Source: Formosa sp. Hel1_33_131
Lineage (GTDB): Bacteria; Bacteroidota; Bacteroidia; Flavobacteriales; Flavobacteriaceae
Direction of reading: 5' to 3'
Assembly (NCBI RefSeq): GCF_001735745.1
Contig: NZ_CP017260.1
Coordinates: 2,640,001-2,672,000, forward strand
DNA: 32,000 nucleotides
Part shown: positions 1 to 9,527 of the stretch, in pieces
Layout of the letters: every line of letters begins with the position of its first letter
Numbering within the stretch: the first letter of the stretch is position 1
Notes under the pieces: model-generated
What the model saw: the letters and a program-made list of their open reading frames with translations, nothing else
The model's database searches: none
Told to the model about the DNA's origin: nothing
Translations under genes and position numbers: made by a program

Positions 1-126
1 GGTGGATTTATGGTCAAGCCAATAGAAATTGAGTTTTGGCAGGGCAGAGCCAACCGACTTCATGACCGCATTCGTTACCAATTACAAGAAGACTATTCTT
101 GGAAAATAGACCGTTTATCCCCTTAA
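1..126 (+). CDS. pdxH: pyridoxamine 5'-phosphate oxidase, C-terminal fragment (gene begins upstream of the window)
   Basis: Frame 1 is open from base 1 to TAA at 124-126. It reads [41 protein letters not shown]. The EFWQGR..RLHDR....RL.P tail is the conserved PNP oxidase C-terminus. Confidence 0.7.
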   Translation, partial: GGFMVKPIEIEFWQGRANRLHDRIRYQLQEDYSWKIDRLSP

Positions 127-128
127 AT

Positions 129-617
129 ATGAAATCAATTGTTTTTATACGTCACGCAAAATCGTCCTGGAAATTCCGACTTGCAGACGAAAAGCGACCG
201 CTCAATAAACGAGGGTTGTTTGATGCCGAATTTATGTCGTCTTTAGATATTGTAAAATCATTCCAACCCGATGCTGTGTTTTGTAGTACTGCGAAACGCA
301 CCCGAGAAACCTGTGATTTTTTCTTAAAATATGCTGTATCTACAGAAACACAAGTGCATTATTCAGATCAGTTGTACGATTTTAGTGGGCCAGGTTTAGA
401 AGCATTTATCAACACGATCGATGCGAGTGTATCGAACGTCTTTATTTTTGGTCATAACAACGCATTAACAGCCATTGTAAATACTAAAGGTGATCAGTAT
501 ATAGAAAATATTCCTACCTGTGGAATTGTTAAAATTAATTTCAAAACCAACCGATGGAGTGAGTGTTCAAATGGGGTTGTGGAATATAAGTTATTTCCTA
601 AAAATCTAAATCCTTAA
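129..617 (+). CDS. histidine phosphatase superfamily protein (SixA-like)
   Basis: ORF track gives 99-617. I prefer ATG at 129 (MKSIVFIRHAKSSW...) because 99-126 overlaps the pdxH tail. The N-terminal RHAKS matches the catalytic RH motif of this fold, and the size fits SixA-like members. Confidence 0.7.
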   Translation: MKSIVFIRHAKSSWKFRLADEKRPLNKRGLFDAEFMSSLDIVKSFQPDAVFCSTAKRTRETCDFFLKYAVSTETQVHYSDQLYDFSGPGLEAFINTIDASVSNVFIFGHNNALTAIVNTKGDQYIENIPTCGIVKINFKTNRWSECSNGVVEYKLFPKNLNP

Positions 618-625
618 AAGTAGAA

Positions 626-1207
626 CTACCCGTGAATGGATTCGGTGACGCTTAATGTTTTCATAATCTCTGCTTCGAATTCTAAGAGAGCCTCCCATTT
701 TTGATCCACTTCTTTGCGCTCGCCATATTGTCTTGCAAATCCTAAAAATGAGCTGTAATGATTCGCTTCGCTAATCATTAATTTTCTGTAAAATTTAGCA
801 AGTTTCTTATCTTCTAAATGTTCAGACAACAGTCGGAAGCGTTCACAGCTCCTGGCTTCAATCAACGCTGCCAAAAGTAAACGATGTACCAATTGTGTGG
901 TGCGACTGCCTCCTTTTGGGAAAAACTGCAATAGTTTTGACACATAGGCATCTTTTCGATCGCGCCCTAAAGTGAAGCCACGCTCTAAGATGAGATCGTG
1001 CACCATTTTGAAATGACTCATTTCCTCTTCTACCAAAGCAATCATTTCTTGCACCAACTCCGTATATTCAGGGAAACTCACAATTAATGAAATGGCAGTA
1101 CTGGCCGCTTTTTGTTCACAAAAGGCATGGTCCGATAAAATTTCTTCTAAATTCTTTTCAGCGATGTTTACCCATCTCGGGTCTGACGGTAACTTTAGTC
1201 CAAGCAT
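626..1207 (-). CDS. miaE: tRNA-(ms2io6A37)-hydroxylase, ferritin-like di-iron enzyme
   Basis: 193 aa carrying the MiaE motif series DHAFCEQKAASTA, EEEMSHF, IEARSCERF and SEANHY (the di-iron E/H ligand pattern). Confidence 0.8.
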   Translation of the reverse strand: MLGLKLPSDPRWVNIAEKNLEEILSDHAFCEQKAASTAISLIVSFPEYTELVQEMIALVEEEMSHFKMVHDLILERGFTLGRDRKDAYVSKLLQFFPKGGSRTTQLVHRLLLAALIEARSCERFRLLSEHLEDKKLAKFYRKLMISEANHYSSFLGFARQYGERKEVDQKWEALLEFEAEIMKTLSVTESIHG

Positions 1208-1210
1208 AAA

Positions 1211-2956
1211 TTATAAATCTAAATCAAAGGTTTTACGTAAAAGCTCAACGTGTATGTTTTTCTCTACTAATTTTTGATACTTATCTTCTGGAGTGTATGC
1301 ATATTGTTTCTCCAGGGTTTCATTGACAATGATGTCTAACGAAATTGAGAAATTATTAACGGCTTTTCGTAAGTATTGTAACAACTCAAATTGCTGACGT
1401 TCCACTTCGATTTTATTGGTGGTATTTGGAAACTCCAATCGAATGGTATTTTCGTTGATGAGTTTTGGCGTATCAATCTGAAGAATTGCTGCTAAATTGT
1501 ATTTTCCGTCCGCTTCTAATTTCGTTACAAAAATATTCCAAAATTTGATAAGCGTTTCTAAGGTAAACGCATCGTTTGGCAGATCTTCTTCATCAACCGT
1601 GACTTCCATCAGTTTAATTTGGTGCTCCTTTTTCTTTCGAATGCTACTGAGCGACAGTCCAGAAGTGGGGCGTTGTGTGCTACTAATGACGGGGATGGGT
1701 AATTCCTTTTTAGGATAGGGAGTTTTTGGCTCCTCTACTTTTTCAGCAACCGCTGGAATTTCTTTCGCTGGGTATTTCGAAGGTTCTTGAGTTGGTGTTT
1801 CTGGAGCCACAACCGGTCGAGTGACTTTAACTTCAGGAATGTTATTGGATCTGAAGTAAGATGCGGGAATTATGAATCCGCTAGGCTTTTTTTTTTCTCC
1901 ATCAAAAGTGATAGAGGCAAGCTGCATGAGACAAAGTTCGACCAACAGTCGCTGGTTTTTACTCGTTTTATATTTCAGATCACAATCGTTTGCAAGTTCA
2001 ATACCTTGAATCAAAAAGGCTTGTGAGGTGATCTCCGATTGTGTTTTATAGATGGCTTTTGTATCATCGCCCACTTCTAACAATTCAATAGTTTGAGGTG
2101 TTTTAGAAACCAATAAATCTCTAAAATGAGATGCCAAGCCTGTTATAAAATGTTGACCATCAAATCCTTTGGAAAGGATATGGTTAAAATGCAATAGTAA
2201 ATCTGGAATTTTATTGGCTAAAATTAAATCAGTGGCTTCAAAAAAGGTGTCGTAATCTAAAACGTTTAGATTTTCTGTGACCGCTTGACGGGTTAGGTTT
2301 TTACCAGAAAAACTAACAACTCTGTCAAATATCGAAAGGGCATCTCTCATGGCGCCATCTGCTTTTTGAGCGATGATGTGTAAGGCATCATCTTCTGCAG
2401 TAATTCCTTGTTCTTCAGCAATGATCTTCAAATAATTTTTAGCGTCTGTGACCGTAATTCTTTTAAAATCAAAAATCTGACAACGCGATAAAATCGTTGG
2501 AATGATCTTGTGCTTTTCAGTAGTCGCTAAAATAAAAATACAATGTTTTGGGGGCTCTTCTAAGGTCTTTAGAAAGGCATTAAAAGCCGAAGGCGATAAC
2601 ATATGTACTTCATCAATGATATATACTTTGTAGTTTCCTACCTGTGGGGGAATCCGAACTTGATCTGTAAGACTTCTAATATCATCTACAGAATTGTTAG
2701 AGGCAGCATCTAATTCAAAAATATTAAAGGCGAAATCTTCATTTTTATGTTCAGCACCTTCACTGTTAATCATTTTGGCAAGAATCCGCGCGCAAGTGGT
2801 TTTACCAACGCCTCTCGGACCTGTAAACAGCAAAGCTTGTGCGAGGTGATTTTGATCAATGGCGTTTTTTAGCGTATTGGTAATTGCAGACTGACCCACT
2901 ACATCTTTAAATGTTTGAGGTCTGTATTTTAATGCCGATACAATAAATGGTTCCAT
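1211..2956 (-). CDS. dnaX: DNA polymerase III subunit gamma/tau
   Basis: 581 aa. The N-terminus has the clamp-loader AAA+ motifs GPRGVGKTT (Walker A), IIDEVHML (Walker B) and SRCQ (sensor 1). The C-terminal half is a Pro/Glu-rich linker plus a tau-like tail. Confidence 0.95.
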   Translation of the reverse strand: MEPFIVSALKYRPQTFKDVVGQSAITNTLKNAIDQNHLAQALLFTGPRGVGKTTCARILAKMINSEGAEHKNEDFAFNIFELDAASNNSVDDIRSLTDQVRIPPQVGNYKVYIIDEVHMLSPSAFNAFLKTLEEPPKHCIFILATTEKHKIIPTILSRCQIFDFKRITVTDAKNYLKIIAEEQGITAEDDALHIIAQKADGAMRDALSIFDRVVSFSGKNLTRQAVTENLNVLDYDTFFEATDLILANKIPDLLLHFNHILSKGFDGQHFITGLASHFRDLLVSKTPQTIELLEVGDDTKAIYKTQSEITSQAFLIQGIELANDCDLKYKTSKNQRLLVELCLMQLASITFDGEKKKPSGFIIPASYFRSNNIPEVKVTRPVVAPETPTQEPSKYPAKEIPAVAEKVEEPKTPYPKKELPIPVISSTQRPTSGLSLSSIRKKKEHQIKLMEVTVDEEDLPNDAFTLETLIKFWNIFVTKLEADGKYNLAAILQIDTPKLINENTIRLEFPNTTNKIEVERQQFELLQYLRKAVNNFSISLDIIVNETLEKQYAYTPEDKYQKLVEKNIHVELLRKTFDLDL

Positions 2957-3045
2957 AAAAATCTTATTGAAACAAATTTAAATATTCATGGCCGATTGCC
3001 TAAATTAAACCCTGTAAAATTAAAAGGAGTTATTAACAATTTATG

Positions 3046-3053
3046 TATTTTTG
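3046..3053 (+). promoter_or_regulatory. candidate Bacteroidota sigma-A -7 box (TATTTTTG) for rnpB
   Basis: Exact match to the TAnnTTTG consensus. It ends 5-8 nt before the predicted 5' end of RNase P RNA. Confidence 0.5.
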
Positions 3054-3057
3054 CCGC

Positions 3058-3365
3058 AAAGCAGATCGCCTTATCGCTGTTCGTTTTAAACGAAGGGAGG
3101 AAAGTCCGGACACCATAGTGTATTATAGTGGCTAACGGCCACCAGTCGTAAGGCTAGGAAAAGTGCAACAGAAAGAATGTACAGGTTAAGCTGTAGTGAA
3201 ACCAGGTAAACTCTATAAGGTGCAATGTCATGTATATCAGTGCTTGAGCGCGACACGTGCGATGCTGAAGGGTAGGCAGCTAAAGTTTACTGGCAACAGT
3301 AAACGTAGATAAATGATAAGGGTCACATTTTGTGTGATACAGGATCCGGCTTATAGATCTGCTTT
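3058..3365 (+). ncRNA. rnpB: RNase P RNA, bacterial type A
   Basis: Universal GGGAGGAAAGTCCGGAC (3095-3111) and ACAGGATCCGGCTTAT (3339-3354) elements form P4. P1 pairs gcagatc (3061-3067) with gatctgc (3356-3362). P2 pairs ccttatc with gataagg (about 3315-3321). A T-run follows. Ends are approximate to within a few nt. Confidence 0.9.
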
Positions 3366-3368
3366 TTT

Positions 3369-3905
3369 TTAATTTTCGAAAAAACTAAACCGATTTCCAC
3401 CGTAACCTTTCACTTCTGAGAATTGAGGTGCAGAAGACAAATCTGTTTGTTTGGAATGTTCTACAATCAGTACACCATCTTCCTCTAAGAGTTCGTTTTG
3501 AAACACAAGCTCTACAATTTTTAAAAACTTTTCATGTTCTAGCTCATAAGGAGGATCGGCAAAAATAATCGTTTGGGGTTGTTTTGTTTTTTCTAAAAAG
3601 CCAAAGACTTCTGCTTTTACCACTTGGATAGGCATTTCAAATTCTTCGGAGGTTTGCGAAATAAATTTTGTACAATGAAAGTTTTGATCGACCGCCACAA
3701 TGGATTCCGTCCCTCTTGAAGCAAATTCATAGCTAATATTTCCGGTGCCCGAAAATAAATCTAATACCGAGATATCATGAAAATGATAGCGATGGTTGAG
3801 GATGTTAAACAACGCTTCTTTGGCCATATCGGTGGTGGGACGCACGGGTAATTTTTTTGGTGCCATAATTCGTCTGGCCTTGAATATTCCTGATATGATT
3901 CGCAT
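3369..3905 (-). CDS. rsmD: 16S rRNA (guanine966-N2)-methyltransferase
   Basis: 178 aa with the SAM-binding LDLFSGTGNISYEFASRG motif and the N-methyltransferase FADPPYE motif. Both are typical of RsmD. Confidence 0.85.
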   Translation of the reverse strand: MRIISGIFKARRIMAPKKLPVRPTTDMAKEALFNILNHRYHFHDISVLDLFSGTGNISYEFASRGTESIVAVDQNFHCTKFISQTSEEFEMPIQVVKAEVFGFLEKTKQPQTIIFADPPYELEHEKFLKIVELVFQNELLEEDGVLIVEHSKQTDLSSAPQFSEVKGYGGNRFSFFEN

Positions 3906-4732
3906 TATAAGCTGTTTAGGAGTGTAAAATGTTTAGAACTAGCATCGTTGCTGTAAAGCATTGCATCTTCATGTAAAAGACTGACGTGCCTTACATACTT
4001 GTATGCAATCTGATAGAGGTCGTCATTTTCATCAACAGAGCCCATTAAGATTGCTGGAAATTCTTCGGGATTCAGTTGTAATTGTTCCGCTGTAAATAAA
4101 AGGTAATAAATAAAATCTTCTTTAGTACTGTACTCAAAACGGTTGTAAAACTTTAAATGATTGTTTTCAACCACAATAATTTCAAAATGAGAGGTCTCAA
4201 TATTGAGATACATTTTCAAGGATTTTGAATTTTTTTCAAGTGTCAACACGCGGTTTAATGTAATGGTGGCACTGTGCTTGTATTCAAAACTTCCAAAACG
4301 CTCAAATATAAAATTGTTGATATTTACGAGTGGTACATATACAACCACTATATCTGCAATTTTCAGAGGATCATACGTGATGAAATCTGTTTTTAATATT
4401 TTGGTATTAAATTTTAGATAATCGACTAGGTTCGTTTCATCAAACAAAGGCTTAGGAACAAGGGTCGCTAATTCATTGTCGTGAATGACGGTCACCTTGC
4501 CGAATTGTTTTTGAAGCTCTTCTAGACTGTTAAAACTATGGGTGAGTTGATCTAAAAGGGCTTGAGGGGTTTGTTTCTTATCAAAATTCACCGACTCTAA
4601 AAATTCAATTTTCGAGTCCATTAAGTTTAAAACAAAAAAAGAAAGTCCATTCAAGTTTACTTGAATGGACAATTCATATATGGAGTCTGATATGTTATTG
4701 TTCTTTAGAATAATTTTTTGGCCAGTTTCCAT
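3905..4732 (-). CDS. conserved hypothetical protein (recalled as the DUF3822-type family that follows rsmD in Flavobacteriia; unverified)
   Basis: 275-aa ORF whose stop overlaps the rsmD start (ATG/TAA overlap at 3905). No catalytic motif recognised. The family name is from memory only. Confidence 0.6.
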   Translation of the reverse strand: METGQKIILKNNNISDSIYELSIQVNLNGLSFFVLNLMDSKIEFLESVNFDKKQTPQALLDQLTHSFNSLEELQKQFGKVTVIHDNELATLVPKPLFDETNLVDYLKFNTKILKTDFITYDPLKIADIVVVYVPLVNINNFIFERFGSFEYKHSATITLNRVLTLEKNSKSLKMYLNIETSHFEIIVVENNHLKFYNRFEYSTKEDFIYYLLFTAEQLQLNPEEFPAILMGSVDENDDLYQIAYKYVRHVSLLHEDAMLYSNDASSKHFTLLNSL

Positions 4733-5429
4733 TTGTATTTATTTCTTCCATAGACCCTACCTTTAGGCTCGGTCCATTCACACCTTCTACAGATTTGACT
4801 TCAGATTCAAGATCTACTAAGTTCTTATCTTGGTCAAATAAAATTACTTTTTTAGAAACAGAGGCTTCAAACACAGGAATGTTCACTCCGTTTTGTTCCA
4901 AAAGACCTGCTTTTAATTCAAATTTTTGTCCATCTTCTAAGGTAGGAATGTTCATCATTGTTTTGTATCGAGGATCCGCTCCAAACAAGGAGTCTCTTAC
5001 AGGAACAAAGCCTAGTGTGTCAATAATGACAATATCTTTAGGCGTATCAACTCCGTAAATACGTGTCAATTCTTTGTCAATGATCGTGGAATCTCTTCGT
5101 TGTGTGATTGTGAATTTTTCATTTTCAATGAATTTCACTAAGCTATCCCAATTTGCTTCAAATTGACCAGTCACAGTTCTGTGTGCTAATTCGGCATCTC
5201 TAATATCTTTTAGATTTTCGATAACCACCTTGTAGCGTTTTTCTTTTAGTTGATTGAATTGAATTTCACCATAGACAGACATAATGGTGATGTACCCTAA
5301 ATAAATGATGAGTCCCCAGAGGCCAACAAGAATAAATGGTTTGTATTTTTTTGGGACGTTTTTATCAATTAGATAAACAATTCCAATGGTCAGTAAAATG
5401 ACGGCAACGATTATTAAAAAAATTATCAT
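4695..5429 (-). CDS. hypothetical membrane protein (two N-terminal TM helices)
   Basis: 244-aa ORF. The N-terminus MIIFLIIVAVILLTIGIVYLI...FILVGLWGLIIYLGYITIM gives two hydrophobic helices followed by a soluble domain. It is co-directional and overlapping with the downstream gene. Confidence 0.6.
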   Translation of the reverse strand: MIIFLIIVAVILLTIGIVYLIDKNVPKKYKPFILVGLWGLIIYLGYITIMSVYGEIQFNQLKEKRYKVVIENLKDIRDAELAHRTVTGQFEANWDSLVKFIENEKFTITQRRDSTIIDKELTRIYGVDTPKDIVIIDTLGFVPVRDSLFGADPRYKTMMNIPTLEDGQKFELKAGLLEQNGVNIPVFEASVSKKVILFDQDKNLVDLESEVKSVEGVNGPSLKVGSMEEINTNGNWPKNYSKEQ

Positions 5430-5510
5430 AGTTTTATAAATTGTTATGAGACACTACAAATCTACAATTTTTTTTTATTCAATAAAGTGAATGTTACAAA
5501 AAATCATTTC

Positions 5511-5518
5511 TATATTTG
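5511..5518 (+). promoter_or_regulatory. candidate -7 box (TATATTTG)
   Basis: Exact TAnnTTTG match 29 nt upstream of the ATG at 5547, inside a 117-bp AT-rich divergent intergenic region. Confidence 0.35.
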
Positions 5519-5546
5519 AATAAAAATATATCTGCTATACAATCGA

Positions 5547-6971
5547 ATGGATAAAAATGACTTTTATAAACTACTAAAAACCAGTTTTCCTTTTACGCCA
5601 ACGGTTAAGCAAAACATTGGATTACAGCAACTTTCTAACTTTGTTTTTAGTACGGTTGCCAATGAACTCTTTGTTTTAAAAGGCTATGCTGGTACTGGAA
5701 AAACAACAATTATTGGAGTGCTTGTAAAAAACTTATGGGAAGTTCAAAAAAATGCTGTTTTATTGGCGCCAACAGGACGTGCAGCTAAGGTGATTAGCAA
5801 CTATTCACAAAAAGAAGCGTTTACCATTCATAAGAAAATTTATGTGCCACGTTCCGAAAAAAACGGTAAAATTTCTTTTGTACTGGCGCCTAACAAGCAC
5901 AAAAAGACCATTTTTATTGTGGATGAAGCCTCTATGATCTCAGATATTTCCAATCAAGCAAAGTTATTTGGAACGGGGTCGTTGTTGGACGATTTGATTC
6001 AATATGTGTATTCTGGCTTTCAGTGTAAGTTGTTGTTAATTGGTGATACCGCACAGTTGCCACCTGTGAAACTCGATTTGAGTCCTGCGTTAAATGAATC
6101 TAACTTAGAGCTCAACTACAATAAAGAAGTTCTCCGTCTAGAGTTGGACGAAGTGGTGAGGCAAGGGGAAGATTCTGGGATTTTATTCAATGCCACGCAT
6201 TTGAGGGAAGCCATCTCAAATTCGTACTTTGATTCTTTTGAATTCAACCTTAAAGGGTTCAAAGATATTGTGCGTTTGAATGATGGTTATGAGATTATGG
6301 ATGCTATTAACGATGCTTATAGCAACTTAGGGAATGAAGAAACGGCTTTAATAGTGCGCTCTAATAAACGAGCAAACCTCTATAATGAGCAAATTCGTTC
6401 TCGGATTTTGTTTAATGAAAATGAATTGACAGCGGGCGATTTTTTAATGATTGTTAAAAATAATTACTTTTGGTTAAAGCCTACAAGTGCAGCTGGGTTT
6501 ATAGCCAATGGGGATATTATAGAAGTTTTGGAAGTTTTTAGTGTTAAAGAATTATATGGTTTTCGGTTTGCAGAAGTTAAAATCCGAATGGTAGATTATC
6601 CTAAAATGCGCCCATTTGAAACCGTTTTAATGTTAGATACCATCACCTTAGAAACCCCTTCTTTGCCCTATGAAGAGTCCAATAAATTATATCAAGAAAT
6701 ACTAAAAGATTTTGAAGATGAACCCTCTTCTTATAAAAAGTTTTTAGGCGTTAAAAAGAGTAAATACCTCAATTCACTCCAAGTGAAATTTTCGTATGCG
6801 ATTACCTGTCACAAATCGCAAGGGGGGCAGTGGAATACCGTATTTGTAGAGCAGCCTTATTTACCAAATGGTATCGATCGTGACTACTTGCGTTGGCTTT
6901 ATACAGCAATGACGCGTGCCAAAGAAAAACTATATCTAATTGGTTTTCAAGATGATTATTTTGAAGATTAA
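5547..6971 (+). CDS. RecD-like SF1 ATP-dependent DNA helicase
   Basis: 474 aa with Walker A GYAGTGKTT, Walker B FIVDEASM, GDTAQLPPV (motif III) and a C-terminal ITCHKSQGGQW...YTAMTRAKEKL (motifs V/VI of the RecD/TraA-type UvrD_C_2 module). Confidence 0.85.
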   Translation: MDKNDFYKLLKTSFPFTPTVKQNIGLQQLSNFVFSTVANELFVLKGYAGTGKTTIIGVLVKNLWEVQKNAVLLAPTGRAAKVISNYSQKEAFTIHKKIYVPRSEKNGKISFVLAPNKHKKTIFIVDEASMISDISNQAKLFGTGSLLDDLIQYVYSGFQCKLLLIGDTAQLPPVKLDLSPALNESNLELNYNKEVLRLELDEVVRQGEDSGILFNATHLREAISNSYFDSFEFNLKGFKDIVRLNDGYEIMDAINDAYSNLGNEETALIVRSNKRANLYNEQIRSRILFNENELTAGDFLMIVKNNYFWLKPTSAAGFIANGDIIEVLEVFSVKELYGFRFAEVKIRMVDYPKMRPFETVLMLDTITLETPSLPYEESNKLYQEILKDFEDEPSSYKKFLGVKKSKYLNSLQVKFSYAITCHKSQGGQWNTVFVEQPYLPNGIDRDYLRWLYTAMTRAKEKLYLIGFQDDYFED

Positions 6972-7008
6972 AGACGATTCCTTTAAATAAATTCTCAAAA
7001 AAATATTG

Positions 7009-7016
7009 TATTTTTG
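7009..7016 (+). promoter_or_regulatory. candidate -7 box (TATTTTTG) for the kdsB operon
   Basis: Exact TAnnTTTG match ending 23 nt before the ATG at 7040. Confidence 0.35.
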
Positions 7017-7039
7017 TTCATTAATTAATCTTAAGCTAA

Positions 7040-7774
7040 ATGAAAATAATTGCCATGATTCCTGCGCGTTACGACTCATCTCGTTTTCCTGGAAAACTTA
7101 TGCAAAATCTAGGAGGGAAGAGTGTCATTCTTCGTACCTATGAGGCTACAATGGAAACAAATTTATTTAGCGATGTCTATGTAGTGACCGACAGTGAGAT
7201 TATTTCACAGGAAATTAAAAGTCACGGCGGAAAAGTTTTCATGAGCCAAAAAATACATGAATCAGGAAGTGATCGTATTGCCGAAGCTGCGGAAGCGATT
7301 GATTGTGATATTGTGGTCAATGTGCAAGGAGATGAACCTTTTACAGACAAAGAGAGTTTGATAAAAGTCTTAGATGAATTTGAAAATGATTCTGAAAATG
7401 AAATTGATTTAGCCTCTTTAATGATCCATATTACAGATGCTGAAGAAATTCTGAATAGAAACTCTGTTAAAGTAATCGTTGATCAACGTAATTTCGCTCT
7501 CTATTTTTCAAGAAGTCCCATTCCTTATTCCAGAGATAAAACAGTAGATACTAAGTATTTTAAACATAAAGGTGTGTATGCTTTTAGAAAACAAGCCTTA
7601 CTTGATTTCACAAAACTTCCCATGAAAATGTTGGAGGCTTCTGAAAAAATAGAATGCATTCGTTATTTAGAGTTTGGGAAAAAAATAAAAATGGTGGAAA
7701 CAGATATTCACGGCATTGAAATTGACACTCCCGAAGATTTGATAAACGCCAATAAACATTGGAAAACGAATTAA
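7040..7774 (+). CDS. kdsB: 3-deoxy-manno-octulosonate cytidylyltransferase (CMP-Kdo synthetase)
   Basis: 244 aa with [24 protein letters not shown] and VNVQGDEPF, the canonical KdsB motifs. Confidence 0.92.
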   Translation: MKIIAMIPARYDSSRFPGKLMQNLGGKSVILRTYEATMETNLFSDVYVVTDSEIISQEIKSHGGKVFMSQKIHESGSDRIAEAAEAIDCDIVVNVQGDEPFTDKESLIKVLDEFENDSENEIDLASLMIHITDAEEILNRNSVKVIVDQRNFALYFSRSPIPYSRDKTVDTKYFKHKGVYAFRKQALLDFTKLPMKMLEASEKIECIRYLEFGKKIKMVETDIHGIEIDTPEDLINANKHWKTN

Positions 7775-7789
7775 TTAAGAAGAATAATA

Positions 7790-8410
7790 TTGAAAAAATT
7801 AGATATAAGCGCTTGGAATCGCAAACACCATTTTAATCATTTTAATGCATTAGCAGATCCTTATTTTGGGGTGACGATTCCTTTTGATGTGTCTAAAGCC
7901 TACAAAAAATCAAAGGACACGGGTTCTAGTTTTTTTGCGATCTATCTTCACGACTGTATGAAAGCGATTAATGCAGTTGAAAATTTTAAATATAGAATTA
8001 TAGACGACGAAGTATTTGAATGCGATGTCATACACGCTTCTTCAACCATTCTAAGAGCTGATAAAACCTTTGGTTTTAGCTATATCAATTTTTCAGAAAA
8101 CTTTGAAGAATTTAACACCAATTTACTGAAAGAAAAACAACGCATTGATGAATCTTCGGAACTTTACCCCCCAGTTTATGGTTTAGATTGTATCCATTGT
8201 TCTGCCTTGCCTTGGTTTTCTTTTACATCCCAAAAAGAGCCTTTTTCAGGGGTCAAAGATTCCGTACCCAAATTAGCATTTAGTAAAACCTACAAAGAAA
8301 ACGATTCATTATTGATGAATGTAGGGATTAGTGCAAATCATGCCTTAATAGACGGCTATCATGTCGGGCAATTTGCAGAATTATTTCAAAAAAACCTTAA
8401 CCTCCCATAA
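7790..8410 (+). CDS. chloramphenicol-acetyltransferase-fold (CatA-like) O-acetyltransferase
   Basis: 206 aa with a TTG start at 7790. It aligns by eye with type-A CAT: DISAWNRKHHFNHF, LPWFSFTS, and the active-site block NHALIDGYHVGQF, in which the catalytic His is retained. Confidence 0.8.
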   Translation: MKKLDISAWNRKHHFNHFNALADPYFGVTIPFDVSKAYKKSKDTGSSFFAIYLHDCMKAINAVENFKYRIIDDEVFECDVIHASSTILRADKTFGFSYINFSENFEEFNTNLLKEKQRIDESSELYPPVYGLDCIHCSALPWFSFTSQKEPFSGVKDSVPKLAFSKTYKENDSLLMNVGISANHALIDGYHVGQFAELFQKNLNLP

Positions 8411-8440
8411 TATATTATTATGGATTAATACTACCTAGTT

Positions 8441-9526
8441 ATGAATATGAGTTTTAAAAATTTCCCCATGGTTTCCAAAGTTGTCTTTGGTCGCGGTAGT
8501 TTCACCCAATTAGGTGAAATCTTAGCCCCAGAACGTCTAAATGAAAGTGCCCCTTTCATATTTCTTGTTGACGACGTATTTGAACACAATGCATCCTTAA
8601 TAGCCAAAATCCCCTTACTGTATAAGGATCAAATTATCTTCATATCATCTGAAGAAGAACCCAAAACAACACAAGTAGATAAATTGGTCGAAGACATCGT
8701 TTTAAACTCGAGTGTGTTGCCCTCAGGAATTATTGGAATAGGAGGGGGAACCCTTTTAGATTTAGCCAAAGCAGTTGCTTTGATGCTAACGAATGACGGA
8801 TCGAGCCACGAGTATCAAGGCTGGGATTTGATAAAAAATAAAGGCATTTATCATGTTGGTGTTCCTACAATTTCAGGCACAGGTGCCGAAGTGTCAAGAA
8901 CAACCATTTTGACAGGGCCCACTATGAAATTAGGAATCAATAGTGATTTTACACCCTTTGATCAAGTAATTTTAGACCCAGAACTTACGGAAGGTGTTTC
9001 TAAAGAACAATGGTTTTATACAGGAATGGATTGTTATATTCATTGTATAGAATCGCTTACAGGAGAGTATATCAACTCCTTTAGTAAAACTTATGGAGAA
9101 ACAGCTTTAAGTCTTTGTAAAGAAGTCTTTTTAGAGACGTTGATCCAAGAAGAAAGTCAAGATAAATTGATGATGGCGTCTTGGCATGGTGGAATGAGCA
9201 TTGCGTATTCGCAAGTGGGCGTTGCCCACGCCATGAGTTATGGCTTGTCTTTTTTATTAGGGACCAAGCATGGGATTGGAAATTGTATCGTATTTGATCA
9301 CTTAGAAGAATTTTATCCAGAAGGGGTTGAATTGTTCAAAAAGATGAAAGCAAAGCATAATATCTCATTACCGCAAGGAATTTGCGCCAACCTCACAGAC
9401 AAACAATTTGACATCATGATTGATGTCTCTTTGAGTCTTGAACCCTTATGGGAAAATGCCATCGGAAAAGATTGGAAAACCAAAATAACAAGATCCCGCT
9501 TAAAGGACCTTTATTCTAAAATGTAA
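8441..9526 (+). CDS. iron-containing (group III) alcohol dehydrogenase family protein; possibly a KdnB-like Kdo 8-oxidase
   Basis: 361 aa with the Gly-rich NAD(P) loop GIGGGTLLDLAKA and the metal-ligand region DCYIHCIES...HAMSYGL typical of the Fe-ADH/DHQS-like fold. The KdnB suggestion rests only on family membership and adjacency to kdsB. Confidence 0.7.
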   Translation: MNMSFKNFPMVSKVVFGRGSFTQLGEILAPERLNESAPFIFLVDDVFEHNASLIAKIPLLYKDQIIFISSEEEPKTTQVDKLVEDIVLNSSVLPSGIIGIGGGTLLDLAKAVALMLTNDGSSHEYQGWDLIKNKGIYHVGVPTISGTGAEVSRTTILTGPTMKLGINSDFTPFDQVILDPELTEGVSKEQWFYTGMDCYIHCIESLTGEYINSFSKTYGETALSLCKEVFLETLIQEESQDKLMMASWHGGMSIAYSQVGVAHAMSYGLSFLLGTKHGIGNCIVFDHLEEFYPEGVELFKKMKAKHNISLPQGICANLTDKQFDIMIDVSLSLEPLWENAIGKDWKTKITRSRLKDLYSKM

Positions 9527-9527
9527 C

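Noticed and set aside
1092-2026. Plus-strand ORFs at 1092-1277, 1497-1718 and 1787-2026. Similar antisense ORFs lie inside thrA, thrB, thrC, glyA, yebC and the Omp28-like gene.
   Set aside because: All are embedded antisense within well-supported conserved genes and have no recognisable features.
7790-8410. The CAT-like gene as a horizontally acquired chloramphenicol-resistance determinant.
   Set aside because: Its composition and codon style match the flanking core genes. It sits inside a tight operon with kdsB, and no mobile-element signatures flank it. It is more likely a resident CatA-like acetyltransferase of unknown substrate.
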